In this document: piece by piece, positions 1-11,335 of the stretch | How the letters are laid out: each line of letters opens with the position of its first letter | Numbering within the stretch: position 1 is the first letter of the stretch | DNA from: Octopus vulgaris | Lineage: Eukaryota | Assembly: GCA_951406725.2 (NCBI GenBank) | Contig: OX597816.1 | Span: forward strand, 16,926,001-16,990,000 | Reading direction: 5' to 3' | DNA: 64,000 nt | Translations under genes and position numbers: made by a program | Notes under the pieces: generated by a model | Seen by the model: the letters and a program-made list of their open reading frames with translations, nothing else | Databases searched by the model: none | What the model was told of the DNA's origin: nothing

Positions 1-29
1 GGTCTACTATCTGATGGTATATAGGAAAT

Positions 30-300
30 AAAAGAAACCTTGTATATTTATTTTATTGTGGTTGTCTCTTGCATCTGTATTTTCTACATATTAATTATTG
101 ATTGAGAAATTAAAAACAGATTAAGAAATTATTTGTTATTGTTGTTGCAGTAATTTATATTATATTTTGCAGTTGCTTATTATCTCAAACACTGGTTGTG
201 GAAAAGTGACAGAAATAGAAATACTTGAGTAGTTAATAATGGGCTAGCCATTAATAATGACAAATACAGATAATTCGGATTACAATATTTAAGACTGTAG
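30..300 (-). other. Candidate terminal exon/3'UTR of a minus-strand host gene
   Basis: Strong acceptor ttttttttctcttccag|CTA (AG at 302-301). In phase 0 it reads LQS* followed by AT-rich sequence with AATAAA near 52-57. No homology support. Confidence 0.25.
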
Positions 301-465
301 CTGGAAGAGAAAAAAAATGTTTGCAAATTGTGAAATTGTGTGTGTGTGTGTATGTGTATGTTTGTTGTTAAAGACACGACTATATTATAGTTTAAATCAT
401 TATCAATGATTTCACATATTTCTTTATTAGTCTTTTAGGTTTGGTAATGTTTCAAGATTGTTTGC

Positions 466-496
466 TAATGTTTCAAGATTGTCTTGATTTCATCAG
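466..496 (-). ncRNA. Degenerate hammerhead-like motif downstream of the Penelope relic
   Basis: Minus strand CTGATGA-aatc-AAGA-caa-TCTT-GAAA-CATTA; stem I not evident. Confidence 0.3.
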
Positions 497-664
497 AATG
501 AAGTGACAGTAATAATGATGCAGAGTTTGGGTATTTCGCAGTAGGTCACAGAGGAGTATGAGAATACTGTTATAACTGGCAAACATCAATAATACCAAAT
601 TTTAAATTATTCAATAGTTATGCCTTGGCACATTTTATGCTTTATTTTATGTGTGCTGTATGTA

Positions 665-1176
665 GCACGGAAGCTGGTTAGCTGATCATTGACAGAGTGG
701 CTAACCAGCTTCTGTGCCAGTGGCACTTAAAGGGCACCATTTGAGCGTGATTGTTACCAGCGTCGCCTTACTGGCACTTGTGCCCATGCTAGTAGGGTGC
801 TAAGAGCACCATCCGAGTGTGATTGTTGCCAGAGCAGCCAACTGGCTTCCATGCCAGTGGCACATATTAAGGCACCATTCGAGCGTGATCGTTACCAATG
901 TCGTCTTACTGGCACCTGTGCTGGTGGCATGTGTAAAAGGATTCGAACGAGGTCGTTGCCAGTACCGCCAGACTGGCCCCCGTGCCAGTGGCATGTACAA
1001 AGCACCCTCTACACTCTCGGAGTGGTTTGCATTAGGAAGGGCATCCAGCTGTAGAAACTCTGCCAAATCAAGATTGGAGCCTGGTGCAGCCATCTGGTTC
1101 GCTAGCCCTCAGTCAAAATCGTCCAACCCATGCTAGCATGGAAAGCAGACGTTAAACGATAATGATGATGATGATG
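665..1176 (+). mobile_element. 5'-truncated RTE-LINE 3'UTR/tail with several ~60-nt modules and (GAT)n tail
   Basis: Same 3' end as the RTE body at 25548-26788 (ggaagggcatccagctgtagaaac...catgctagcatggaaa...gttaaacgatgatg). Short 5' inversion at 665-717. Confidence 0.85.
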
Positions 1177-2700
1177 TATCTGTGGTTCAGTTTTGGTTTG
1201 TATTTGGCTATTAGTAAAGCTTTCGCAGTTACTCTTATTTTGTGAAATTCTACATAAATTGTACTGTCAGATAATTATTTCTGATCTAAATTTCTTTTGT
1301 GCACTGTACTATATGTTGGTTCAGGTTCTTGTTGTAGATGCATGGTCAATCATCAAGAAAATGCCATACTTGTATGTCCAATGTAACACTTTGAGCCATG
1401 ACGTTTTCACCACTTTCATGTTTACATTGAAATTTGTACATTACATTGGTTATTTGATGTAAGTCCTGTGATTTACAAGTGTGTAGTTTTGTGTTGATGA
1501 TAAGGTTTCTCATTTCTGTGTTCTTGTAATATATTCTAGCTGTGAGTTTCTGGACAAGTTTTATGAGTTATTTTCGTTTTAATGATATACTAATCCATCC
1601 TGTAACCAAGGTGCACTTGGTTCTTGTTATATAAACCATGTGTAGTACGTGCATTTTAATGGATACTGTGGTTGTTGTATCAGTGTATGTGAATTTGTTC
1701 TTGTATTTTTCTATGATGTGGTCTGCTAATATTTAAGTTTATCCATTCTTAATTTAAATTTGTTTCATACATATTTCCTTCTTCAAAGTTTCTTAACTGG
1801 ACAAATATTTAAAAATTCATTTCAGAAAGGATTTGACTGTAGATATTTTATATATCTGGGGATGAAAACTATCACCATACATCTAAGCATTTTCTCACAA
1901 TTTTCTTGTGTATATTGATGTGTTATATGTATTAATTCTTAATGGAGTAGTGTTGTTGTCTGAATATTTATTAGCGCTGTGTTGGATTGTAAATGAAGAC
2001 ATGGAGTTATATCCTAGATCATCTTTAACCTTATCAGCCTGTTCTTATCGGTTGCAGTAAAGATATCAACATTCCTATTATTGATTGTGCTTTTATATTT
2101 AGTCTTTTTCATATAACCATATATACACAAATATACAAAATGAGCGTAAGTAGAGAACCTTTAGCTACACCATCCTTTCGAAGTATAAACTGAAGGTACA
2201 GATACTCATTGTCCAAAATTGCTTATGCTTTCTGTTATTGAGTCATTGGTAAAAATACTTTCTGTATCCGTGCCGATGGCATGTAAAAAGCACCCATTAC
2301 ACTCACGGAGTGGTTGGCATTAGGAAGGGTATCCAGCTGTAGAAACACTGCCAGATCAGACTGGAGCTTGGTGCAGCCTTCTGGCTTCCCAGATCCTGGT
2401 CGAACCATCCAACCCATGCTAGCATGGAAAACGGACGTTAAACGATGATGATGATGATGATGTATCCACAGTGATTAATTGTGCTTAGTTGGATTCCATT
2501 AAAATTTCTGGGAAATTATCAAATGACCTATGCTATATTTCCCAGCAATATATTTCTTTATGTTATTATCACAACATTTTGGTAATTCTATGCACAAGTG
2601 TACTGATTTGAGATATAAGTTGGAGAGGGATATTTTGTTTCAGTGTTTTAACACTACAACAGATGTATGCAGGGCTAGATTTCTTCTCTCAACTAGAAAA
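1177..2700 (-). mobile_element. Decayed Penelope-like element (RT + GIY-YIG endonuclease), interrupted by an RTE-tail insertion at 2270-2460
   Basis: Minus-strand fragments TVDTESIFTNDSITESI (PLE RT 'SLDVESLFTNVP..ETI'; joined across the insertion), KDGVAKGSLL (DGVAMGSPL), TNVMYKFQC...KCYIGHT...LTMHLQ and TAKALLIAKYKPKLN (GIY-YIG). Many stops and frameshifts; upstream boundary approximate. Confidence 0.75.
2270..2460 (+). mobile_element. RTE-LINE tail insertion with 7-bp TSD
   Basis: TGTATCC at 2263-2269 and 2461-2467; removing the insert restores the Penelope RT motif. Confidence 0.9.
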
Positions 2701-3567
2701 GCATGGAATCTATTTGAGTGCTCACAGCAATAGTTAATGTATTTAAATTCGATTCCTAATTAAGCAGAGTTGTATTTCTTAATTTTGATGGGATTGCTGT
2801 TGTCAAGAAGAATGTTATTTATTTTTATCATAAATTCATAAATTCTTTAATACAGAATGGTATGCTCATATCGCTCTTACAAATAATAATATATTTGTTA
2901 TTTTCAGGTCTTGCAAAAGTAGCTTAAGGCTCTTGTTAAGTGCATTTTTGCTGTTCAATTTACATTGCTATTTATTAACTTCATACTTTTGTATAAATAT
3001 TACAGTTTATCATCAATTTTTATTATACGCTTATCTCCAACAGAAACTGCTAGTTGGACGTTTGTTGTTTTGGGTATTTTTTTTTGCCTGTGATGGAAGG
3101 TTGTACTGAATTACATCAAACACAAAGCTATAAAACTTTCTTATCAAGTGACCATGGATTTACAAGAAAGAGCCATCTCAACACATATGCTATGCAAGAT
3201 ATAAGTTATAAAACTATTAGATAATGTTATTACAGAATTATATCTGATGTGAAGAGTAACTATCAAAGCTTTGCTAACAATAAAATACAATAAAAAATCA
3301 ATACAAATATATAGCACATGTATGTGAGTGTGTATGTGTGTAGACACTTATGTACATTTAAACATGGAAAGAACTTCATTGCAGGGACCATTTGAGGAGG
3401 GACTTTCTCCTTACAGTGTGTGTGAAAATACACCATGCTGGGCCATGAATGACCATTGTATGTAGGACACATGTTTCTGTGACATTATGCTTCAACAGCA
3501 ACAGACACCAAAATCCGTTATACATAGACCCCTAAAATCTGTCATTCTTATACTAGAACAGCAATTA

Positions 3568-3619
<52 letters not shown>

Positions 3620-3623
<4 letters not shown>

Positions 3624-3835
3624 ATCCAAACATGAAAACACAGAGAGAAAACACAACAACATGAGGATGTGGAACAAGCATAGTGTTATTGGATGCTCAG
3701 GAAAGAAAGAAAGAAGGAGGCTTTTAACATTTTGAGCAGAGCTCTTCGTCAGAAACATAGGAAAAGGAAAGATCCAAAGAAGGGAAGATGGAGGGAAAAA
3801 AAATCGCCAACGGTACACACGCGGTCACATTTTGA
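3620..3835 (-). mobile_element. Penelope-type terminal fragment carrying a decayed hammerhead motif (3721-3756)
   Basis: Minus strand ttt-CTGACGA-A-GAGC-tct-GCTC-AAAA-TGTTA-aaag; architecture similar to 38364-38568. Confidence 0.55.
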
Positions 3836-4341
3836 ATATATATGTATATACATAAACTGAATATATCTAATTATTTGATATTACAAGTAATTATGTGATA
3901 TTACAAATGAATGATGTGAAAACAATCTAATATTCTCATTAGAGAAAAGGCCTTGGGAGCTTTTTTAAAGTCCTGTTTCAGAGATGGATGTCTCTTCTCC
4001 AGAGAAAATACACTCTATTTTTTCAGTTACTCAAAGATCTGGTGATTCTACTTGCTATGTACAACAGAGCTTAACAGGAAGTATCATGAAAGGTCTCAGT
4101 ATTTGTCTATATGTTACTTGTCTATATTTTTAATTAAACAGTGTATATTTACATTAGACAAAGCTTACACAAAGTAGAAATATCTACAATTTCACACAAA
4201 CACAAACAAACTCTTTCTCCTCCCGCCCTCTCTCTCTCTGTCACACACACACACACACATTATGTATGATCAAAGACAGAAAGCACAACATGGAAAGAGC
4301 AACATATAACAAGTACAGTATTATGCTTGACATAAGTAGAG

Positions 4342-4382
4342 TGACTTGACATTTCAGATGTTAGTCCTTCTTCAGAAAGTCA
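4342..4382 (-). ncRNA. Minimal type I hammerhead ribozyme motif (decayed)
   Basis: tgactt-t-CTGAAGA-A-GGA-ctaaca-TCT-GAAA-TGTC-aagtca; stem I tgactt/aagtca. Confidence 0.55.
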
Positions 4383-4941
4383 AGATGAAAGGTAAATTAT
4401 AGGGAGAAAGCATGAGAGAGAGAGAAAGGGGAGTAAAATAGCATGAGAGAATTTACAAGGGCAAAATAATAGGGCGGGGGAGAAACATACTCCCCTCACC
4501 CCCACTTATATAAGATTAAGTCTTCCTGTTTGACAAGTAAAAGTCACCAAATCTCTGATGTAATGGTATCCTGGCTGTAACAGTTTAAAGCAGACATAGT
4601 TTCATTTCTGTGGGTTTTTGTTAACGATTTTTTCATCAAAGATTTCATTTTTACAAAGTATATTCTAAGCCATTCTTTGTAGCTACATTTGTGTAACTTT
4701 GTGAAAACACACAGACATGCATGTGTGTGCATTTTCACATGCATTCGTTTAACAACTGTTTTTCCATACTAGCATGATTTATACAAAGAGTTATGACCAG
4801 GTGCTCTAATTGTTGCCAACCCTTATCTGTTTTCAAGTAAGTGAGTATATATACATGTATGTGTGTGCACATGTGCATATGCAATTACTTTGAATATGAA
4901 GGATTGAAGCATTGACAGTTCTAAAACCAGTGCTGATGTCA

Positions 4942-4981
<40 letters not shown>

Positions 4982-5226
4982 GTTTAACGTCCGTTTTCCA
5001 TGCTAGCATGGGTTGGACGGTGCAACTGGGGTCTGGGAAGCCAGGAGGCTGCACCAGGCACCCGTCTGATCTGGCAGTGTTTCTACAGCTGGATGCCCTT
5101 CCTAATGCCAACCACTCCGAGAGTGTAGTGGGTGTTTTTTATGTGCCACCTGCACAGGTGGCAAACGGCCACGATCGGAAGGTGCTTTTTACGTGCCACT
5201 GGTATGGGGGCCAGACGAGGCTGGCA
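4942..5226 (-). mobile_element. RTE-LINE tail with long (CAT)n
   Basis: Reverse complement of the recurrent tail family; source of the poly-His ORF. Confidence 0.85.
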
Positions 5227-6027
5227 CAGTTCGTTAATAGCAACTCAACAAAAACAAATCTTCCTCTAGGTGTCAAGAGATAAATAAGATTACTTGAAGG
5301 TCAGCAAGAAGGATGCACCAGTATCTTTGATTATTGAAAGAGAAGGCCACCTTTGTACTAATATAACAGGTTTAATTCAAAAACTACGTGACAATAGTAT
5401 GAATTTCTATAACACCAATGGTAATATAAAACTGCAAGAAAAATGTCATAAGAATTTTAATTTTTGATGTGTTTGACTAATCAATATTTAACTAATGAAA
5501 TTGTTTGCATCCATCTTTCACATTTATGTTTGTTTCATAATTAAATATGAAATAGAATTCTGAATTTTAGATGTGTTGCAACATAATATGTTGGCTCTGA
5601 ACGACTGATGCCTAGCTGCAAAGCACAAGTCCATATCACATTAAAGTATCAATCACTTATCTGAGACAGAGTAAATACTCAGGAAACTTTAAATCACATG
5701 CACAAAAACCATCCAACTCATAGCAGATAATCATTCAACCATATGTAGCAAACACAGGCCCAATAACATGATGTACAGAAATCCTCCATGTTGTATGAGT
5801 AATACATCCCTTAAAAACTTGTATCGTAAAATCTCATAATGCGAAATTAATTTTCTTATTGATTTTCATGTCATAAAATGATAATGCTTTCCAAAGGATA
5901 ATAAAAAAAGAAAAAGGGTGGGAGCAAGGGTGAGGTGAAAAAACAAGCAACACATCCACGTTTTATGCATGAAAATTGCAATTTCTAAATATACAGAGTA
6001 TTATATATATATATCTATATATATATA

Positions 6028-6255
6028 TTTCTTTACTACCCACAAGGGGCCAAACACAGAGGGGACAAACAAGGACAGACAAAGGGATTAAGTCGACTAC
6101 ATCGACCCCAGTGCGTAACTGGTACTTAATTTATCGACCCCGAAAGGATGAAAGGCAAAGTCGACCTCGGCGGAATTTGAACTCGGAACGTAACGACAGA
6201 CGAAATACGGCTACGAATTTCGCCCGGCGTGCTAACGTTTCTACCAGCTCGCCGC
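6028..6255 (-). mobile_element. tRNA-derived SINE, family B (Meta-domain-like core)
   Basis: Head gcggcgagctggtagaaacgttagc, B-box gagttcaaattcc, core gtcgactttgcctttcatcctttcggggtcgataaattaagtacc; multiple copies in window. Confidence 0.85.
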
Positions 6256-6379
6256 TTTATATATATATCTATATATATATAAATTTGAAGTGAAATACTC
6301 TAGGGATAAATAATGATCAAAATAGGGTATGCCCTTGCCACAAAAGATGTGGGCTACTATCTGAGGGGGCAGTAATGCA

Positions 6380-7380
6380 ATGAGAGTCACTAGTAAGATG
6401 CCTCAAAGTCTTCATCTACTTGAAGAGCAAAGACTTTATTAAAAATTGCTTGATCATCTTTTGCATGGCTGAGTGTAGGAACTGAGGTCATTGTAAACTC
6501 CTCTTGTAATTTTTATGCTATGTTCTGACACTCGTTGACGCTAGACCGAAGAGGTCAGGGAACAGAAGAAAGAAAACATGCACCCAACACCAGAGCTGAA
6601 GACACCTCCGAAAGGTGGGGGGGGGGTGCCACGTCAAAATGATAGAAGAGTAGGGGCCGAAACTGGATGTAGTTCCTCCTGATGATGTCTTGAGCTAACT
6701 GGATCCTATAAAGGAGCTGTTGTGGTAGCAGACCACGAAACACAGTTGTAATTCCTGTTCACCATTAGGGTTGCTATCAGCAAAAAACCTTTACAATATC
6801 TTTACAATATCCTTTGTTGTCAACTTGTGTGCATAGTTGTTGGAATTTCTGTATTCTTATCAATATTCCCAGCAAAATTTTGTTCTGACAGTATCATCAG
6901 CTTCTCATTAGATAAACATCCTGTTTGGGGCACTAAAACCTCAACCTCATCCTCCACTGTGACTTCTTCAAACCTACATTATTTGCAGTTACACTCTCTT
7001 TCTGAATTTGATGGAGACTTTCTGCTTGTGGAAAACTTGTAAAGTCACAGACACAGTTTGGTCATACACATTTTTCAACTGAAGCACCCAAGAGCTGTCC
7101 CATTTTAAGCATCATATTAGATCTATGACAAAATAACATCTGAATAAATAATAGAGTAACTTCTAGACTATTTTCTTTCTATTGCTAGGCATTGTTCCCA
7201 CTGTAGACATTACAAGCTTTTTAATGTTTTGGTATTGGGGCTTATATTTTTCTCCCACATCAATGCTTTTTAAAACATGGAGTTTAATATCCAGTGAAAT
7301 TCCTCTACGGCTCCTTTCGCACTTTTCTTTGATGACTTCTTTCCTGACATCTTGAATTGTAGTTAAATCCAATAGTGCCA
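6380..7380 (-). mobile_element. Internally deleted Tigger/pogo transposase relic
   Basis: N-terminal CENP-B/psq-like HTH RRGISLDIKLHVLKSIDVGEK...STVGTMPSNRKKI. C-terminal PNCVCDFTSF, FEEVTVEDEVEVL...LSNEKLMIL and FFADSNPNGEHSIKITRGVYNDLSSY resemble the Tigger1-type C-terminus. Confidence 0.7.
6526..6755. mobile_element. 230-bp GC-richer insertion in the Tigger relic with 5-bp TSD (LTR-fragment-like)
   Basis: TGTTC at 6521-6525 and 6756-6760; excision restores the Tigger frame; begins TG and has a TATAAA near 6707. Confidence 0.6.
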
Positions 7381-7401
7381 ACAATCAACAAATTTGCAGC
7401 C

Positions 7402-7594
7402 TGTGCCAGTGGCACACAAAAAGCATCCACTACACTCATGGAGTGGTTGGCGTTAGGAAGGGCATCCAGCTGTAGAAACACTGCCAGATCAGACTGGAGC
7501 CTATTGCAGCCTTCTGGCTTCCCAGACACCGGTTGAACCGTCCAACCCATTCTAGCATGGAAAACAGACGTTAAACGATGATGATGATCATGAT
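7402..7594 (+). mobile_element. RTE-LINE tail
   Basis: Recurrent tail family with (GAT)n end. Confidence 0.85.
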
Positions 7595-8488
7595 GAAATA
7601 TGTAATTAAAAAATATTATGAGGTAAAACAGCATTGTGAAAGTAAAAAATTGTCTAATTCCTATGGATGTAAGAATGAAAATGAGAAGGTTAAAGAGTGG
7701 GCACTTCACCACTTGTAACTCTGATTTGAGCCATAAAAATACTCCACCCTCCTCTCACCCACCTCTCACACAGTGCTGACATACAACATACATAAGCTAT
7801 AGACATTGCTGTCATTGGTTATTCAAAATTTGGTGGGTTGATAATGATGTTATTTGTTGTATTGGGTTTCATTTTGTTGGTGACAGTGACAATGATGGTA
7901 CTTGTGGTTTTGGTGATGGTCACATTGTTCTTGCTAATTGTATTACTGTTTTAGTTTCAAGTCAATCTTCATTGACCTAAAATCAAAGAGATTTTGATTT
8001 CAATGAACATTTCAAATACATTTGAACAACACATTATCCCATGTGGCTGTTTTTTTTTGTTATTCCAGATGGAGTTGTTTATCTTTTCCACAATATTGTG
8101 GCTGGTGTTGTTAGTCATTAAGGAGCTGGTGGGCTGTTAATGACAATGGTAGTATTGATTTTGGTGTTGATGAGAGAAAGAGAGAGAGAGAGAGAGAAGG
8201 AGAGAGAGAGAGAGATACATACACAAATACTTGCATACACACACATATTTTACATTGTGTGTGTTTGTCATGAATATAGTTTTCAAATTGCTAACTATTT
8301 TGATCTTAGCTAAAACACAGAGAAGCATCTTTTGGCTAAAAACAGAGCATGGCCTATAAATTTTCAATATTCATCTGTTTCCATTAGAGTGAAATTACCC
8401 TGTATCCCACATCCCAAAATTAGTGGTCATACTTTATAATAACCAAAATCACAAAATCATCTAACAGGAGTAACTGCAGAGGGGATAC

Positions 8489-8671
8489 CTGTATCTTCTC
8501 TTTGTCTGGTCTACCATTATCCCGGCTTCCCTGAACTAGCACACTGAGTGCCATGGACATAGACAAATGCACTTTTTCACTGCTACTCTGTAACTGCTTT
8601 ATTAAACACTCTGCTAAATCCATCATCCTTGTAACATCATCCTTCTGAATTGCACTCTGCCTATGCTTTAT
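8489..8671 (-). CDS. Candidate internal coding exon (61 aa, phase 0/0) of an unidentified gene; helical, ARM/HEAT-repeat-like
   Basis: tttatgtttag|ATA...CAG|gtatcc; 183 nt open frame IKHRQSAIQKDDVTRMMDLAECLIKQLQSSSEKVHLSMSMALSVLVQGSRDNGRPDKEKIQ; non-repetitive and less AT-rich than flanks. Confidence 0.45.
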
Positions 8672-8819
8672 CTAAACATAAATTGCATCTGTTTCAACAA
8701 CCCATAAAAATATGCAGTATTTATTGGCACTGACCTTCCGAGTAAAAATAAAAAAAAAACACAGATCTAGATAATTTGTAATATTAATATTCAAGGCTTA
8801 ACCTGGATTTGGAAAGAAG

Positions 8820-8871
<52 letters not shown>

Positions 8872-9858
8872 GTGTCTTTTGAATGGCTTTTTATAGAGTA
8901 TCAATTTCTGCTTCTGATTCACTGAGCTTAAAGCATCCAATCCATTTTCTGACCTCAATAAATTTATTGCACAGAACCTGTCAAGTATGTGACAATATCG
9001 TGGCATGGCCACAATCAAATGGAACAAGTAAATATAAAGTGTTACTGAGTAATTCATTTAGTAATAAGAAACTAATATCAGAAAAGTCACTGAAACTAAA
9101 TGTATTGCTATCAGACTGAAAATCACACATTTAAATAACATTGTGCTCAACGTAACAATAAAAATCTCACGGCACAAACCCAACAGATTTTCAGCATTCT
9201 CCATATAACATTAAATGAATAGTAAATATTATTTCCTCTGACGTATGATTTGTCTTCTTTTCAGCAACAATGAAACTATTTCAACATTTCAAAGCAAGAC
9301 CACTAATTCTTCAGAGAAAACATCCAATAGAATATCATCGTCAACAATATAGAAATTGGAAAAGATTAATCAATATAACAAAATTACACTATGTTTGTTG
9401 TCAATAACAACCACTGAATTATTCATGATTTTCAAGAAAGGTTTCAGAGCTGTGATGCATTTTAAATTAAATTACTTATCAACATGCAGATCTTTAAAGC
9501 AAATATTTATTTAGCTGCATTAAATCACTCATCCAGAAAATTTAGAGATTAGATATAGTTGTGTAGTAAGTAGACAAAATCATAATGGTCAGTGACTGGC
9601 ATTTTGTGAATAAGTTACACCATTTATTCTTTAGTAAAAGTTAATGACTGACAAAGATAATGTTTCACAAGAAAAAGAGCTTGAAACAACTTGAACATTC
9701 AACAGGAATTAAACAAACTTAAGGAAACTGTACACAGTCTGCTGACCTGCTAGAAATAGTAATTAGCTTCCCTTCTATTATAACATACAATTTTAATAAA
9801 GACGGTTCACACCAGAGAAAAGATTGGCCATGGGTGTAATGTCCTTGTTTATAGTTCT

Positions 9859-10078
9859 TACTTCTTTACTGCCCACAAGGGGCTACACAAAGACGGGACA
9901 AATGGATTAAGTCAATTATATCGACCCCAGTGTGTAACTGGTACTTAATGTATTGACCCCGAAAGGATGAAAGGCAAAGTCAACCTCGGCGGAATTTGAA
10001 CCCAGAACGTAGCGGCAGACCAAAAATGCTGCTAACATTTTGCCTGGCTTGCTAATGTTTCTGCCAGCTCTCCGCCCT
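9859..10078 (-). mobile_element. SINE family B with 14-bp TSD
   Basis: TTGTTTATAGTTCT at 9845-9858 and 10079-10092. Confidence 0.9.
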
Positions 10079-10689
10079 TTGTTTATAGTTCTGCAGGATT
10101 GGAGCTGATCTGAAACTACTGAATCAAAAACAATTAATGTTACAATAGGTCCAAATGTACAAAACTAGCAGCAAAATCCATCAGAACTAGCGGTTCATCA
10201 TTCTTAGAATATAAGCTGAAAACATCGAATTTATGGCAAGAGAAAAGTAAAGTTGATTCCTAATTCATTTCTGTCAGTAACAATCTAGGTTTTACTAATA
10301 CTGTCTTTTGAATCATAGATTTAATTAGTTTATAAGGAAGAATTAAGATCATTAGCAAAAGGGCAGATGTGGGCAATCTGCACTCAGATCACATGTGACC
10401 CCCTTTATTAGGCATGCCATAATAATGAAATTAGACATGTATGGCATGTCTAATTTCATTATAAAAATAGAATAACTGTTTACTAAAATTTTGCAACTTG
10501 ATCGTTAGATGTGAGTCTTAATTTGAATAATTTGCTTTCATTCCTTCTCTCTTTCACTCAATGTTCCTTTCAATTAAGAGTTTGGTGGAGCTGAGCAACT
10601 TTATGAATTATCAACCAACAATGATAAAATGAGTCATATTACCATTTTGAGAAAGTTTTTTTTTCCTCTTTTTGTTTAGTATCTCTTTC

Positions 10690-11136
10690 ACCTCTTTTAG
10701 TTGTTTCAGTCATTTGACTGTGGCCATGCAGGAGCACTGCCTTGAAGGGTTTTAGTCGAACAAATTGACCCCAGGACTTTTCTTTTTTGAAGCTTAGCAC
10801 GTATTCTATTTGTCTCTTTTGCTGAACTGCTAAGTTACAGGGATGTAAACACCAACACTGGTTGTCAAGCAGTAATGAGGGGACGGATACACACACACAC
10901 ACATGCGCGTGCACACATTCTTTTACTTGTTTCAGTCATTTGACTGCGGCCATGCTGGAGCACAACCTTAAACAGTTTTAGTCGAAGAAATTGATATCAG
11001 GACTAATAATTCTGTGTAAGCCTAGCACTTGTATCAGTCTCTTTTGCCAAATCACTAAGTTACAGGGATGTAAGTACACCAACATCAATTGTTAAGTGAT
11101 AGTGTAGGGTCAAATACAGACACATAGACACACGCA

Positions 11137-11173
<37 letters not shown>

Positions 11174-11335
11174 GACGGGCGTTTTTCAGATTCTGTCTAC
11201 CAAATTCATTTACAAAGCTTTGGTTGGCTCGAAGCTATAGTAGAAGACACTTGCTCAAGATACCATGCAGTGGGACTGAACCTGAAACCATGTGGTTGGT
11301 AAACAAGCTTCTTACCACACAGCCATGCCTGCACC
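10690..11335 (-). mobile_element. tRNA-derived SINE family A (probably octopus OK/OR-type): 3' half plus one full copy in tandem
   Basis: Head ggctgtgtggtaag...ggttcagtcccact, internal (CA)/(TA) microsatellite, tail ...gcatggccgcagtcaaatgactgaaacaagtaaaa. Confidence 0.85.

Noticed and set aside
4912-5283. Poly-His protein ORF
   Set aside because: (CAT)n LINE tail read in antisense.
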